A DNA stretch of 63,942 nt, the filler included, from a bacterium (GTDB taxonomy: Bacteria; JBBIVP01), in NCBI GenBank assembly GCA_037439705.1. It is 3 parts of 3 records of this genome, joined end to end, with 100 filler letters (N's around TTAATTAATTAA, not from the genome) between each part and the next. Parts side by side here need not be neighbours in the genome. Positions count along the whole stretch, not along the records: positions 1 to 29,117 come from JBBIVP010000003.1; 2 more parts are not named here. One strand, written 5' to 3'. The notes beneath the pieces were generated by a model. The model was not told the origin of the DNA and made no database searches. It worked only from the letters and a program-made list of their open reading frames with translations. The position numbers were made by a program, and so were the translations under genes. This document shows, one piece after another, positions 9,707 to 19,832 of this stretch (positions are counted from its first letter, which is position 1; each line of letters starts with the position of its first letter).

Positions 9707-9743
9707 AACACCCGCTCAAGAAAGATTTATTATAAGTAATTTT

Positions 9744-9772
9744 TTGATTTTTTTTATATTTTGAGATATTAT
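9744..9772 (+). promoter_or_regulatory. Sigma70-type promoter of the gsp operon
   Basis: TTGATT-N17-TATTAT, ending 6 nt before the ATG at 9779. Confidence 0.6.
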
Positions 9773-9778
9773 TAAATA

Positions 9779-10689
9779 ATGGATTTGGGCATATTGTCAA
9801 AAATGGAAAGGTGGAAGTTCCATTTTCTGGTTCTCTTTACTTTTATTTTTTAGGAATTGCTGGTATAGAATTCGGCAAAATTATGGATTTGCTGGTGGTG
9901 AAAAGCATAAAAGTTCCTGAAAAAGTGGATAAAACTGAACTCCCTGAAAAAAAGAGAGAAAAGAGAAAGCCATCCCTTCAGGAATTTCTTACAGGTTCAA
10001 ACCCTTTTACAGAAAATCCGGTTCTTCCTCTTGAAATAACAGGTGAAGTTGAAATTACACCTCTCAATCTTACCCTTGTCGGGACTCTTGTGGGAGAGGA
10101 TTCAATAGCAATTATAAAGAACAACTCAACTGGAACGACAGACCTTTACAGGACTAATGACTACCTTTCACAGGACGGAGCGGAGATTTACAGGATAGAG
10201 CCTACGAGGGTTCTTATAAAAAGAGGGGATAGAATAGAAAGTCTGGAACTGTTTGAAAAGTTTGTCGTTGCTTCAGGAACTCCTTCCGAGTCCAGATTGG
10301 GAATTCCCAAAAGGGAGGAAAGAAGGGAAAGTGTCGGTGAAGTGGATGTGCAGGTGAGGCAGGTTGGAGAAGGGAGGTTTGAGGTAAGCAGGGATGACCT
10401 TGAGAAGGCAACCTCCAATCTTGGTCTTATGATGACACAGGCGAGAATCGTTCCGAACATCATTGCTGGTGAGATAAAGGGTTACAAGATATTTGCTATA
10501 AAGCCGGGAAGCATATATGATAAGATAGGAATTCAGAACGGAGATGTTATAGAGAGAATAAATGGAATGGAACTGACGACACCTGAAAGTGCACTTCAGT
10601 TTTTTCAGCAATTAAAGAATGAGACGAGATTTGTGATAGACCTTGAAAGGAACGGTCAAAAACTTACATTCACCTATAATATAAGGTGA
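9779..10689 (+). CDS. gspC: Type II secretion system protein C (PDZ-containing); apparent frameshift near 9846-9851
   Basis: LTLVGT HR domain and C-terminal PDZ (ARIVP...GYKIFAIKPGSIYDKIGIQNGDVI); first gene before gspD. The long ORF is 9811-10689; the likely true N-terminus from ATG 9779 is in another frame. Confidence 0.88.
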
Positions 10690-10702
10690 GACGGAGGAAA
10701 AT

Positions 10703-12838
10703 ATGAAAATACTTGCAATTATTCTCATCACCATTTTTTCTCAAACACCGCAGGTTTATAAAAAAAATAGAACCGTGAACATAAATATGAACAATGTTGA
10801 GATTCAACAGCTCATAAAACTTATGAGTGAACTTACGGGAGAAAGCTTTATGCTTGATGAGAAGGTGCGTGGAAGAATTACCATAATCTCTCCTAAAGAG
10901 GTGACAGTTGAGGAGGCATTTCGCATCTTCGAGTCAGTCCTTGAAGTGAATGAACTTACACTTGTAAAGGTTGGAAAGATATACAAAATTGTTCCTGCAA
11001 GGGAGGCAAAGGAACACAGAATAAAGACAATTATAGGAAAGGAGAAGGTTTTTCCGGAAGACATTTTTGTAACACAGGTCATTCCATTGAAGTATATAGA
11101 TGCCAATGAGATGGCGAATGTTTTGAGGGGGTTGATTTCAAAGTTTGCAAACCTTCAGGTATATGCTCCAACAAACACATTAATTCTAACGGAAAAGGCT
11201 TCAAATCTTGACAGGTTAATAATGATAATAAATGAGCTTGATAGAGAAGTATATACTCCAAAAATAGAGGTTATACCTTTGAAGTTCGCCTCTGCTGATG
11301 AGGTTTCAAAACTCCTTTCACAGCTCTATCAAACTGCAGGTGGAACGATTAAGAGAAGGGGAGCTCAAACAGGTCAGCAGGCAGTAGAGATATCAAAAAT
11401 CATTCCTGAGACGAGAACAAATTCACTCATTGTTGTAGGAACCGATGCAGACATAGAAGCATTGAAAGACCTTATAAAAAAGCTTGATGTTCCAATGGAA
11501 ATGGGAAAGGGGCAGATACATGTGGTTTATCTATCATACGCTGATGCGGCAAGTTTAGCATCTACCCTTTCCGCCATAGCGCAGGGAGGGGCCCAGAGAA
11601 CAGCACCTCAACCCGGTCAGCCTCCGTCTGTCCAACTTGAAGGAGGGGTTAGAATTACTGCTGACAAGTCAACCAACTCGCTGATAATAATTGCTACACC
11701 ATCGGATTTTGAGACACTTAAATCAGTTATTGCCAAGCTTGACATACCGAGAAAACAGGTTTTTGTTGAGGCTCTCATAATGGAGGTATCCCTTTCAAAG
11801 ATGAGGGAACTGGGTCTTTCGTTTCATGCGGGCTATCAGACAAAGGAGGGAACTGCAACCTTTATAGGAGGAGAATCTGTTGGAGGAATACCAACTTTAA
11901 TCCTTGACCCAACAGCCTTTGCCAATCTTACAGGGCTCTTTGCCGGCGTAATAGGTGAGACAATAACAATAACCACAGAAAAAGGGGTTTCCATAACCAT
12001 TCCGAGTTTTGCAGCATTTTTGAGGGCACTTCAGAGGGATACAGAGGTTAATGTTCTTTCAACACCCCAGCTTCTGACACTTGACAATGAAGAAGCGCAG
12101 ATTACCGTTGCCCAGAATGTTCCGTTTCCTACAGGTCAGGCAGTTGGAGCAGGCGGAGTGACAACCCAGACAATTCAGAGGCAGGATGTGGGTATTACAC
12201 TGAAAATTACTCCTCAGGTAAACCCGGGAAGCGATGAGGTAAAATTGAAAATCTATACAGAGGTTTCAGATGTAGCATCCGGTCCCGAAGGTTTGAATGT
12301 AAACATTCTTGGCATAACCACATTCAAGAGGTCCGCACAGACAGTTGTAACTGTTAGGGATAAGAACACAGTGGTGATAGGTGGTTTAATGAGGGACAGC
12401 GTAACCGATAGCGAGGTAAAGGTTCCGTTTCTCGGAGACATACCCGTGCTCGGATGGCTCTTTCGTTCCAAATCAAAGAGGGTTGAAAAGACAAACCTCC
12501 TTCTTTTTATAACCCCCTACATAATCTCTACTTCTGAAGACCTTTCAGCCATAAAGGAGAAAAAAATTGAAGAAGGGCTTGAGTTCAGAAAGAGATACAC
12601 AGGTGAGACAAAGGAGTATGAAAAGAAAACGAAGGAGATGAAAAAGCTTCCGGAAATCGGAGTTCCTCCTTCTTACCCATCAATTGAAACACAGCCTGTT
12701 ACACCTCCTCCAACGGAAACATATCCCGCAGAAGAGACCCCTCCTTCTTATCCTCAGCCTGAAACTCCTGAAATTATTCCCGAAACCTTTCCTTCCCCAG
12801 AAACCTTTCCTTCATTTCCACCCTCTATAACTGAATAA
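10703..12838 (+). CDS. gspD: Type II secretion system secretin
   Basis: N0-N3 domains (IPLKYIDA, TNSLIV); secretin core QVFVEALIMEV, NVLSTPQLLTLDNEEA, KVPFLGDIPVLGWLFRS. Confidence 0.96.
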   Translation: MKILAIILITIFSQTPQVYKKNRTVNINMNNVEIQQLIKLMSELTGESFMLDEKVRGRITIISPKEVTVEEAFRIFESVLEVNELTLVKVGKIYKIVPAREAKEHRIKTIIGKEKVFPEDIFVTQVIPLKYIDANEMANVLRGLISKFANLQVYAPTNTLILTEKASNLDRLIMIINELDREVYTPKIEVIPLKFASADEVSKLLSQLYQTAGGTIKRRGAQTGQQAVEISKIIPETRTNSLIVVGTDADIEALKDLIKKLDVPMEMGKGQIHVVYLSYADAASLASTLSAIAQGGAQRTAPQPGQPPSVQLEGGVRITADKSTNSLIIIATPSDFETLKSVIAKLDIPRKQVFVEALIMEVSLSKMRELGLSFHAGYQTKEGTATFIGGESVGGIPTLILDPTAFANLTGLFAGVIGETITITTEKGVSITIPSFAAFLRALQRDTEVNVLSTPQLLTLDNEEAQITVAQNVPFPTGQAVGAGGVTTQTIQRQDVGITLKITPQVNPGSDEVKLKIYTEVSDVASGPEGLNVNILGITTFKRSAQTVVTVRDKNTVVIGGLMRDSVTDSEVKVPFLGDIPVLGWLFRSKSKRVEKTNLLLFITPYIISTSEDLSAIKEKKIEEGLEFRKRYTGETKEYEKKTKEMKKLPEIGVPPSYPSIETQPVTPPPTETYPAEETPPSYPQPETPEIIPETFPSPETFPSFPPSITE
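12779..12814 (+). repeat. 18-bp tandem duplication in the Pro-rich GspD tail
   Basis: cccgaaacctttccttcc / ccagaaacctttccttca, encoding PETFPS twice. Confidence 0.8.
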
Positions 12839-12841
12839 AAA

Positions 12842-14524
12842 ATGAAGCTCGGAGAGATAATAAAAAAATTAAAAAACATTCCTGAAGAAAATATAGAAAA
12901 GGCAGCATCATCTGCTCTTGAAAGGGGAGAAAGGATAGGGGAGGCACTATTAAGGATGAAACTCATATCAAAAAAAGAACTGGCAAATGCACTCGCTATT
13001 CAGTTTGGTCTTCCTTTTGAAAATGAAATAAATCCCGACACTATTCCTGATGAGTTAATAGAGGGTTTACCAATACAGTTTGCAAAAAACTTCTCCCTCA
13101 TTCCAATTGAAAAGGCAGATAGCGGAATAAAGGTTGCTATCTCCGACACGCTTGACCTATATCCATTGAATGACCTTTCAATTTTTTATGGTGGAGTTCC
13201 AATAATTCCGGTGGTTGCCTCTTCTGATGATATAATTGATGCAATTAATAAGGTTTACGATAGAAAAACAAAAAGAGCGGATGTGATGGTAGAAGAGATA
13301 GAAGGAGGGGTTGAAGAGATTCAGGAATTTGATGAGCCGATAGACCTGCTTGATGAGGTTGATGAGGCACCAATAATAAAACTTGTCAACAACCTCCTCT
13401 TTCAGGCGGTTCGTTCAAGGGCAAGTGATGTTCATTTTGAGCCCTTTGAGAAGGAGGTTGTGGTTAGATTCAGGGTTGATGGCGTACTTCATGAAATAAT
13501 GAGGGTTCCAAAAAAAGCACATCCAAGCATGGTTTCAAGGGTGAAGGTTATGTCATCTCTCAACATAGCTGAGAAGAGGCTTCCTCAGGATGGAAGGGCG
13601 AGGATAAAGATAGCAGGAAAGGACATTGATTTGAGGGTATCTGTGGTTCCAACTTCATTTGGAGAAAGGGTTGTGATGAGGCTTCTTGACAGAAGTTCAA
13701 TGATGCTTCCGCTTGAAGAAATAGGCTTGAGAGGGCAAAAGCTTGAAAAACTCTTGAAGATAATAAACATGCCATACGGGATTTTTCTCGTTACAGGACC
13801 AACAGGTTCAGGAAAGACCACAACCTTATACGCATCCATTGCAAAGCTCAACAGGGAAGAAAAAAACATAATAACCATTGAAGACCCTGTTGAATATCAA
13901 TTAAAGGGTATAGGGCAGATACAGGTAAATCCGAAGATAAATCTGACTTTCGCTCAGGGATTGAGGTCAATCCTGAGGCAGGACCCGGACATAATAATGG
14001 TTGGAGAGATAAGGGACCTTGAAACAGCAGAGATAGCAATACATGCCTCTTTAACAGGGCATCTCGTTTTCTCCACCCTTCACACAAACGATTCAGCAGG
14101 AGCAATAACAAGGCTTATAGATATGGGTGTTGAACCTTTTCTCGTTGCATCATCTTTAATAGGTGTGCTTGCTCAGAGACTTGTGAGAACAATATGCCCT
14201 TTCTGCAAAAAGCCATATAAACCTTCTTCAGATGAGATAAAAGAATTGAAGGGAGTAAAGGTTCTTTACAGGGGAGAGGGATGTGACCAGTGCATGGGGA
14301 CTGGCTACAGGGGAAGGACAGGGATATTTGAGCTTCTCATCATTGATGATGACATAAGGGCACTAATAGCAAAGAATGTCCCTACCAATGTAATAAAGAA
14401 ATCAGCAGTTGAAAAGGGAATGGATACATTGAGAGAGGATGGAATAAAGAAGGTAATTGATGGAATAACAACCCTTGAAGAGGTGATAAGGGTTACACAG
14501 GAGAGGATTGAGGAGATAGAATAA
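12842..14524 (+). CDS. gspE: Type II secretion system ATPase
   Basis: ASDVHFEP, Walker A GPTGSGKT, TIEDPVE, LRQDPDIIMVGEIRD, LTGHLVFSTLHTN, CPFC/CDQC zinc motif. Confidence 0.96.
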   Translation: MKLGEIIKKLKNIPEENIEKAASSALERGERIGEALLRMKLISKKELANALAIQFGLPFENEINPDTIPDELIEGLPIQFAKNFSLIPIEKADSGIKVAISDTLDLYPLNDLSIFYGGVPIIPVVASSDDIIDAINKVYDRKTKRADVMVEEIEGGVEEIQEFDEPIDLLDEVDEAPIIKLVNNLLFQAVRSRASDVHFEPFEKEVVVRFRVDGVLHEIMRVPKKAHPSMVSRVKVMSSLNIAEKRLPQDGRARIKIAGKDIDLRVSVVPTSFGERVVMRLLDRSSMMLPLEEIGLRGQKLEKLLKIINMPYGIFLVTGPTGSGKTTTLYASIAKLNREEKNIITIEDPVEYQLKGIGQIQVNPKINLTFAQGLRSILRQDPDIIMVGEIRDLETAEIAIHASLTGHLVFSTLHTNDSAGAITRLIDMGVEPFLVASSLIGVLAQRLVRTICPFCKKPYKPSSDEIKELKGVKVLYRGEGCDQCMGTGYRGRTGIFELLIIDDDIRALIAKNVPTNVIKKSAVEKGMDTLREDGIKKVIDGITTLEEVIRVTQERIEEIE

Positions 14525-15745
14525 ATGTCCATATATGTATATAAAGGGGTTGATTCAGCGGGGAAAAAGAGAAAGGGTGTTATTGAGGCTGAAAATCCAA
14601 AACTGGCAAAGGAGAAATTAAGAACAGAGGGTATATTTCCGCTTGAAATAAAAACAGGAGAAAGAACATCAGAATTATTACAGAAAATAAAGCAGATAAA
14701 ATTGTTGAAGAGAATCACGGGTGAGGAAATAACCCTGTTCACAGCCCAGCTTTCTACCCTTTTGAATTCAGGAATGCCTCTTTACGAATCCCTCTCAGCA
14801 ATTCTTGAGCAGACAGAGGAGGTTCGTTTCAAATCGGTTGTTTCTAAATTGAAAGAGGCAATAAATGAGGGGCAATCCCTTGCTGATGCAATGGAAAAGT
14901 GTAATGGTGTCTTCAGCCCTCTCTACATAAATATGGTTAGGGCAGGGGAATCCAGTGGTTCCTTGGACATTGTTTTGATGAGGCTTTTTGATTACATGGA
15001 ATCCCAATCCGTTATCAGGAGAAAGGTTCTTACCGCAATGATATATCCAGCGATAATTCTTCTTGTTATGATAGTGGTTATATGGGTTCTGATGAGTTTT
15101 GTCATTCCGAGAATAACGAGGATTTTTGAGGACATAGGGCAGGCCCTTCCACTTTACACAAGGATTCTCATAGAAATATCAAACATCATTTCAAAATGGT
15201 GGCCCCTCATGCTCATTTTCATTGGATTGCTCTTTTATCTTTTCAGGAGATTCAAAAACTCTCCTGAAGGCAAAAAAAGAATTGACCTTTTTAAACTTCG
15301 TTTTCCGATTTTTGGAAAACTCTACAGGATGGTGATTATAGCGAGGTTTTCCAAAACCCTTGCCACCCTCCTCCAGAATGGTGTTCCAGTAGTTAAGGCT
15401 CTTGATATCGTAAAGGGAATAGTCAACAACTACTGGATTGAAGAGGTTATTGAAAGAGCAAAGGAGAGCGTTGAGGAAGGAGCACCCCTTTATCTCACCC
15501 TCAAAAAAAGCGAATTTTTCCCTCCCATAGTTACACACATGATCGCAATTGGTGAAAGAAGCGGCGAGCTTGAAAAGATGCTTTTCAGCATATCAAAAAA
15601 TTTTGAATCACAGATAGATGCTGCTACATCTGCACTGACAGCAATCATTGAACCCGTAATGATACTTCTTATGGCGGGGATTGTGTTTTTCCTCATAATA
15701 TCAATTGTCCTTCCCATATTTCAGTTGAATCAACTTGTCAGGTGA
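14525..15745 (+). CDS. gspF: Type II secretion system inner membrane platform protein
   Basis: Two T2SSF domains (AGESSGSL, IGERSGELEKML, EPVMIL). Confidence 0.95.
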   Translation: MSIYVYKGVDSAGKKRKGVIEAENPKLAKEKLRTEGIFPLEIKTGERTSELLQKIKQIKLLKRITGEEITLFTAQLSTLLNSGMPLYESLSAILEQTEEVRFKSVVSKLKEAINEGQSLADAMEKCNGVFSPLYINMVRAGESSGSLDIVLMRLFDYMESQSVIRRKVLTAMIYPAIILLVMIVVIWVLMSFVIPRITRIFEDIGQALPLYTRILIEISNIISKWWPLMLIFIGLLFYLFRRFKNSPEGKKRIDLFKLRFPIFGKLYRMVIIARFSKTLATLLQNGVPVVKALDIVKGIVNNYWIEEVIERAKESVEEGAPLYLTLKKSEFFPPIVTHMIAIGERSGELEKMLFSISKNFESQIDAATSALTAIIEPVMILLMAGIVFFLIISIVLPIFQLNQLVR

Positions 15746-16992
15746 GCCTTCTCATAAAAATTTCTGTCCCCGATAGAGAGGAAAAGGTTGAAATGGTGGA
15801 ACTACCTGCAAAATTTGGGAGGGCTCCTGATTGCGATATTTCTCTTTCAGATGAAGGAATTTCAAGATACCATTTCTTGATTGAAAAAGAGGGTGGAAAA
15901 ATAATTCTGAGAGACCTTGGCTCAAGAAACGGAACATTTCTTAATGGAAAAGAAGTTTCAACAGCTTACCTGAACGAGGGAGACATAATTACAGCAGGAA
16001 GCACTTCCTTTGAAATAATTGAAGCGAGAATTTTTCAACAAGAGGATTTTTCTGAAATTTTCAAAAATTTACTCAAAGCACCAGAAGACGAGATAATAAA
16101 AAGGCTTACAAAAGCAGAAGGTTACAGAATTTTTCTTGAAGGGAAGAGTGGAAAAAGGTTTATTAGGTCAACTGGAATATCAGAAAGGGATTTTGCGGAT
16201 ATAGACTCCACAATAAAGTCCCTTATCTCTTCTGAGCATTTATTTTTGAAAAAAGGTGATTTTTTTTATATAAAAATCCAAACGGATGAACTTAGAGGAG
16301 GTATCTCCCTTTTAAATCCCGCCTTTACGGATTATGACCTTCTCTCGCCTGCTTTTTCCATAATCGCTATGAAAATGGAAATGAATGTACTCAGGGAAAA
16401 ATTGAAAAACCTTGAGAGGTATCTTCCCTTAGATATTTTAATAACTTCAGACCTTTCCCTCAGAGAAATCACAGTTCTATTCTGTGACCTTGCAGGTTTT
16501 ACAGGAAGGTGTGAGAGGGCGTCTTTGAAGGAGATTGCTGAGTTTATAAAGTTTTATTATTCAATCCTTAACAGAATAGCAAGTGAGCAAGGCGGAATAG
16601 TAAACAAATTCCTTGGAGATGGTGCGATGATAATTTTTGGAGCATCTGTTTTCACAAAAGGTCATCAGGTTGACGCGGTAAAGGCTGCAATCATGATAAA
16701 AGAAGAAATGAGAAGGGTTCTATTTGGAGGAGAGGAAGTAAAGATAAGGACTGGTATAAATACAGGGATTTGCCTTGTGGGAGGAATAGAAGCGGGTGAG
16801 AGAATGGAATGGACGGTTATAGGTGATGTAGTAAATGTGGCTTCAAGATTGCAGGGAATGGCTTCTCCCGGTCAGATTCTCATAGGAGAAGAGACATGGA
16901 GGGTTGTAAGAGAAGATTTCAGTACAAAGTATGTGGGCACAATTTCACTAAAAGGGAGGAGGTCAAAAACAAGAATATATGAGGTGCTGTGA
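15742..16992 (+). CDS. FHA domain-class III adenylate cyclase
   Basis: FHA motifs GR, SRYH, DLGSRNGT; cyclase motifs VLFCDLAGFT, NKFLGDG, TVIGDVVNVASRL. GTG start overlaps the gspF stop (GTGA). Confidence 0.88.
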   Translation: MSLLIKISVPDREEKVEMVELPAKFGRAPDCDISLSDEGISRYHFLIEKEGGKIILRDLGSRNGTFLNGKEVSTAYLNEGDIITAGSTSFEIIEARIFQQEDFSEIFKNLLKAPEDEIIKRLTKAEGYRIFLEGKSGKRFIRSTGISERDFADIDSTIKSLISSEHLFLKKGDFFYIKIQTDELRGGISLLNPAFTDYDLLSPAFSIIAMKMEMNVLREKLKNLERYLPLDILITSDLSLREITVLFCDLAGFTGRCERASLKEIAEFIKFYYSILNRIASEQGGIVNKFLGDGAMIIFGASVFTKGHQVDAVKAAIMIKEEMRRVLFGGEEVKIRTGINTGICLVGGIEAGERMEWTVIGDVVNVASRLQGMASPGQILIGEETWRVVREDFSTKYVGTISLKGRRSKTRIYEVL

Positions 16993-17016
16993 AGATAATT
17001 GTTTAAAGTCAGAAAA

Positions 17017-17733
17017 TCAGGATAACAATTTCATAAGTTCTAAAGCATTTAAAACCGCGTACCCGTTCTGGTCGTTGTTGAAATAGATGTAGGCGTCTTT
17101 TCCCTTAAAGGACTTTATTAACTCTGCATCCTTTAAGAGGTCCTTTTTTTTATAAGAACCTCCATAAAGGGTTCCCTTTCCATGCCTTCTTATGTAGAGA
17201 AATGGTGCTTCATAAACCTCTTCAACCGTGCACTCAGGATGGTCGGAAATACATACGGTAAAACCGTATCGTGCAACCTCGTTCAAAATATCTTTTCTAA
17301 CCCACTCCCTGTTTCTGAGCTCAATCACATGTAGAGGATGTGATGTCTTTTTTAGAAGATTTAGAAACTCTTCCAGCCTTTTTTCATAGGGTTTCATCTG
17401 GGGTGGTAACTGCCATAACACAGGACCAAGAGTTTCTTTTAGAAGTTTTGCCCTTTCCATAAACAGATTTAAAGAATCTTCAACATCTTTTAGCCTTTTT
17501 ATATGTGTTATGAACCTGCTTCCTTTTATGGAAAAAATGAAGCCTTTTTTGGCTTTATTCTTCCATCCTTCAAAGGCAGATTCCTTCGGAAGTCGATAAA
17601 AGGTTACATTCAGCTCAACGGTATTAAAGGTTTTTTGATAAAATTCAAACCACTTAGATTTTGGAATATTTTGAGGATAGAAAACCCCTTTCCACCACTC
17701 ATACATATACCCGCTTGTTCCGATCCATATCAT
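17017..17733 (-). CDS. DUF72 (YecE-like) protein
   Basis: IGTSG, FNTVELNVTFYRLP, KGSRFITH, LWQLPP, YIYFNND. Confidence 0.92.
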   Translation of the reverse strand: MIWIGTSGYMYEWWKGVFYPQNIPKSKWFEFYQKTFNTVELNVTFYRLPKESAFEGWKNKAKKGFIFSIKGSRFITHIKRLKDVEDSLNLFMERAKLLKETLGPVLWQLPPQMKPYEKRLEEFLNLLKKTSHPLHVIELRNREWVRKDILNEVARYGFTVCISDHPECTVEEVYEAPFLYIRRHGKGTLYGGSYKKKDLLKDAELIKSFKGKDAYIYFNNDQNGYAVLNALELMKLLS

Positions 17734-18885
17734 TTACAGGCCGATGAGTTTTGCCACGATCTCCTTCATAATTTCTGATGTCCCCCCTGCTATTGTAGCC
17801 ATTCTTGCATCCGCATAAGCCTGCGAAATCGGGTATTCCTTCATATATCCATAGCCTCCGAAAAGCTGGAGGCAATTATACGCCACCCTGTTAAGCATTT
17901 CTGAAGTATAAAACTTCGCCATTGAAATCTCTTTTGTCGCATCATGACCTTTCATGAACAATTCCACGCAGTGATAAACAAAGCTTCTGCTCATCTCTAT
18001 CTCTGTAAGCATGTCCACAATTCTGTGCCTTATTACCTGAAATTTTGAAAGCGGTTTTCCAAAGGCGACCCTTTCTTTTATATATTCAACTGTCATATCC
18101 AGCATCTTCTGTGCTCCGACAACATTTCCTATCGCTGCAACGAGCCTTTCTCTCTGGAAGTTCATCATTATTGTATAAAATCCAGACCCTTCTTCTCCGA
18201 GGAGGTTTTCTGCCGTAACTTTGCAATCTTCAAACACAAGTTCTGCGGTATCTGATGCATGGTTTCCGAGTTTTTCCAGTTTTCTTGAAACCGAAAAGCC
18301 CGGAGTTCCTTTTTCAACAACTATGAGGCTTATCCCTGTATGAGGAGGAACTGCTTTTGGATTCGTTTTTACAGCGAGCGTCACCGCATCACAGGAAGCC
18401 CCATTTGTTATAAATGTTTTTGTGCCATTTATTATGTAATAATTTCCATCCTTTACGGCAGTTGTCCTGATACCTGCGACATCGCTTCCGGCGAAGGGTT
18501 CTGTTATTCCGAGAGCGAATATCATCTCTCCCTTTGCTGCTTTTGGAAGCCATCTCTTTTTCTGTTCCTCATTTCCTACATGAAGGATGGGAGGAGTTGC
18601 CATTTCGTTATGAACGAGAAATCCCACTTCAAATCCTGATACTTTACTTTTGCACAATTCCTCGGTAAATATAACAGAATAAAGGAAGTCTGCATTAAAC
18701 CCTCCGTATTCCTCAGGATACCAGAAGCCGAGAAATCCCAGTTCTCCCATTTTTCGCCAGACAGATTTTGGGATAATGCCTTCTTTTTCCCATTTTTCCT
18801 TATTTGGATTTACCTCCTTTTCAATGAATTCTCTTAGCGTCTCCCTGAATATCCTGTGTTCTTCTTTGAAAACTTCTTCCAGCAT
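17734..18885 (-). CDS. Acyl-CoA dehydrogenase (long-chain type)
   Basis: ITEPFAGSD, NGTKTFITNG, ERVAFGKPL, QLFGGYGYM, IAGGTSEIM. Confidence 0.95.
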   Translation of the reverse strand: MLEEVFKEEHRIFRETLREFIEKEVNPNKEKWEKEGIIPKSVWRKMGELGFLGFWYPEEYGGFNADFLYSVIFTEELCKSKVSGFEVGFLVHNEMATPPILHVGNEEQKKRWLPKAAKGEMIFALGITEPFAGSDVAGIRTTAVKDGNYYIINGTKTFITNGASCDAVTLAVKTNPKAVPPHTGISLIVVEKGTPGFSVSRKLEKLGNHASDTAELVFEDCKVTAENLLGEEGSGFYTIMMNFQRERLVAAIGNVVGAQKMLDMTVEYIKERVAFGKPLSKFQVIRHRIVDMLTEIEMSRSFVYHCVELFMKGHDATKEISMAKFYTSEMLNRVAYNCLQLFGGYGYMKEYPISQAYADARMATIAGGTSEIMKEIVAKLIGL

Positions 18886-18893
18886 TATATATC

Positions 18894-18922
18894 TATTTAC
18901 ATTGAATAAGAAAAAATGTCAA
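18894..18922 (-). promoter_or_regulatory. Possible sigma70 promoter for the acyl-CoA dehydrogenase
   Basis: Minus strand TTGACA-N17-TAAATA, ending 8 nt before the ATG at 18885; no SD. Confidence 0.5.
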
Positions 18923-18972
18923 GGAGATTTAAAAATAGAATTGAAGAAAAAAATTTAATAATATCTTTACCT

Positions 18973-19830
18973 ATGAAGGTTTATAGGTTCATTTCTTATA
19001 ACTTTAAAGTTTTTAAGAAAAATGCAAAATTGTGGAGGGTGGAACATAGGGGAATGAACTATGGAGATGGAGCTTATGAAACTATAAGGGTTTATGATGG
19101 ATGGATATTCGCCTTTAAAGACCATATAGAGAGATTGAAAAGAAGTCTTAAGGTTTTGAAGATAGATTTTCCTGTGAATGAAGAAAAGATAGAGAAAGAG
19201 ATAATGAAATTATTGAAACTTAACAGGGTAAAAAATTGTGCGGTAAGGATAGTGATTACAAGGGGAAACGGTCTCGGACTTCCTCCTCCGAAGGGAACTC
19301 CTGATATATCCATTATGCTTGTTGATATTGACAAAAAAATTGAGGATTATCAGAAGAAGGGCATAAAGGCTATTTTTGTTGAAAATACCAGATTATACGA
19401 TTTTTCAATAAGGGGAGCCAAAACAATAAATTTTCTCCCAAATATTCTTGCCTCCATAGAATTTGAGAAAATGGGGGCGCAGGAGGGTATATTCGTGACC
19501 CATGAAGGATTTGTTGCTGAAGGAACAACATCAAACATATTCTTCGTAAAAAATGGAGTTCTCAAAACACCCCATCTCGACATCGGTATACTTGCAGGAA
19601 TAACAAGAAAATTTATTATTGAGATAGCGAAGGAAGAAAGAATTCCAGTTGAGGAGGGCTTTTATAAAAAAGAAGAGGTTCTTTCCGCCGATGAAGTTTT
19701 TATATCTTCTACTACCCGCGAAATTGTTCCCCTTGTGGTAATAGATGAAAAAAAGATAGCGGATGGAAAAACGGGTCTTCTTACTACCGCTCTCCTATCC
19801 GCCTTTAAAAAGAAGGTTTTAATAAAATGA
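18973..19830 (+). CDS. Class IV PLP-dependent aminotransferase (branched-chain/D-amino acid/ADC lyase family)
   Basis: YGDGAYETIR, HIERL, AKTINF (PLP Lys), EGTTSNIF, LAGITR. The ORF extends to 18916; ATG 18973 preferred. Confidence 0.9.
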   Translation: MKVYRFISYNFKVFKKNAKLWRVEHRGMNYGDGAYETIRVYDGWIFAFKDHIERLKRSLKVLKIDFPVNEEKIEKEIMKLLKLNRVKNCAVRIVITRGNGLGLPPPKGTPDISIMLVDIDKKIEDYQKKGIKAIFVENTRLYDFSIRGAKTINFLPNILASIEFEKMGAQEGIFVTHEGFVAEGTTSNIFFVKNGVLKTPHLDIGILAGITRKFIIEIAKEERIPVEEGFYKKEEVLSADEVFISSTTREIVPLVVIDEKKIADGKTGLLTTALLSAFKKKVLIK

Positions 19831-19832
19831 AC

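Noticed and set aside
9298-9711. 137-aa minus-strand ORF and the many other short antisense or out-of-frame ORFs in the track
   Set aside because: They lie over well-supported genes and show the Ser/Phe/Ile-rich composition expected from the reverse strand of Glu/Lys-rich genes.
9332-9719. TTGAGCG...CGCTCAA inverted repeat around the 9377-9706 gene as MITE or cassette ends
   Set aside because: Only a 7-bp core, no target-site duplication seen and no transposase; compatible with chance.
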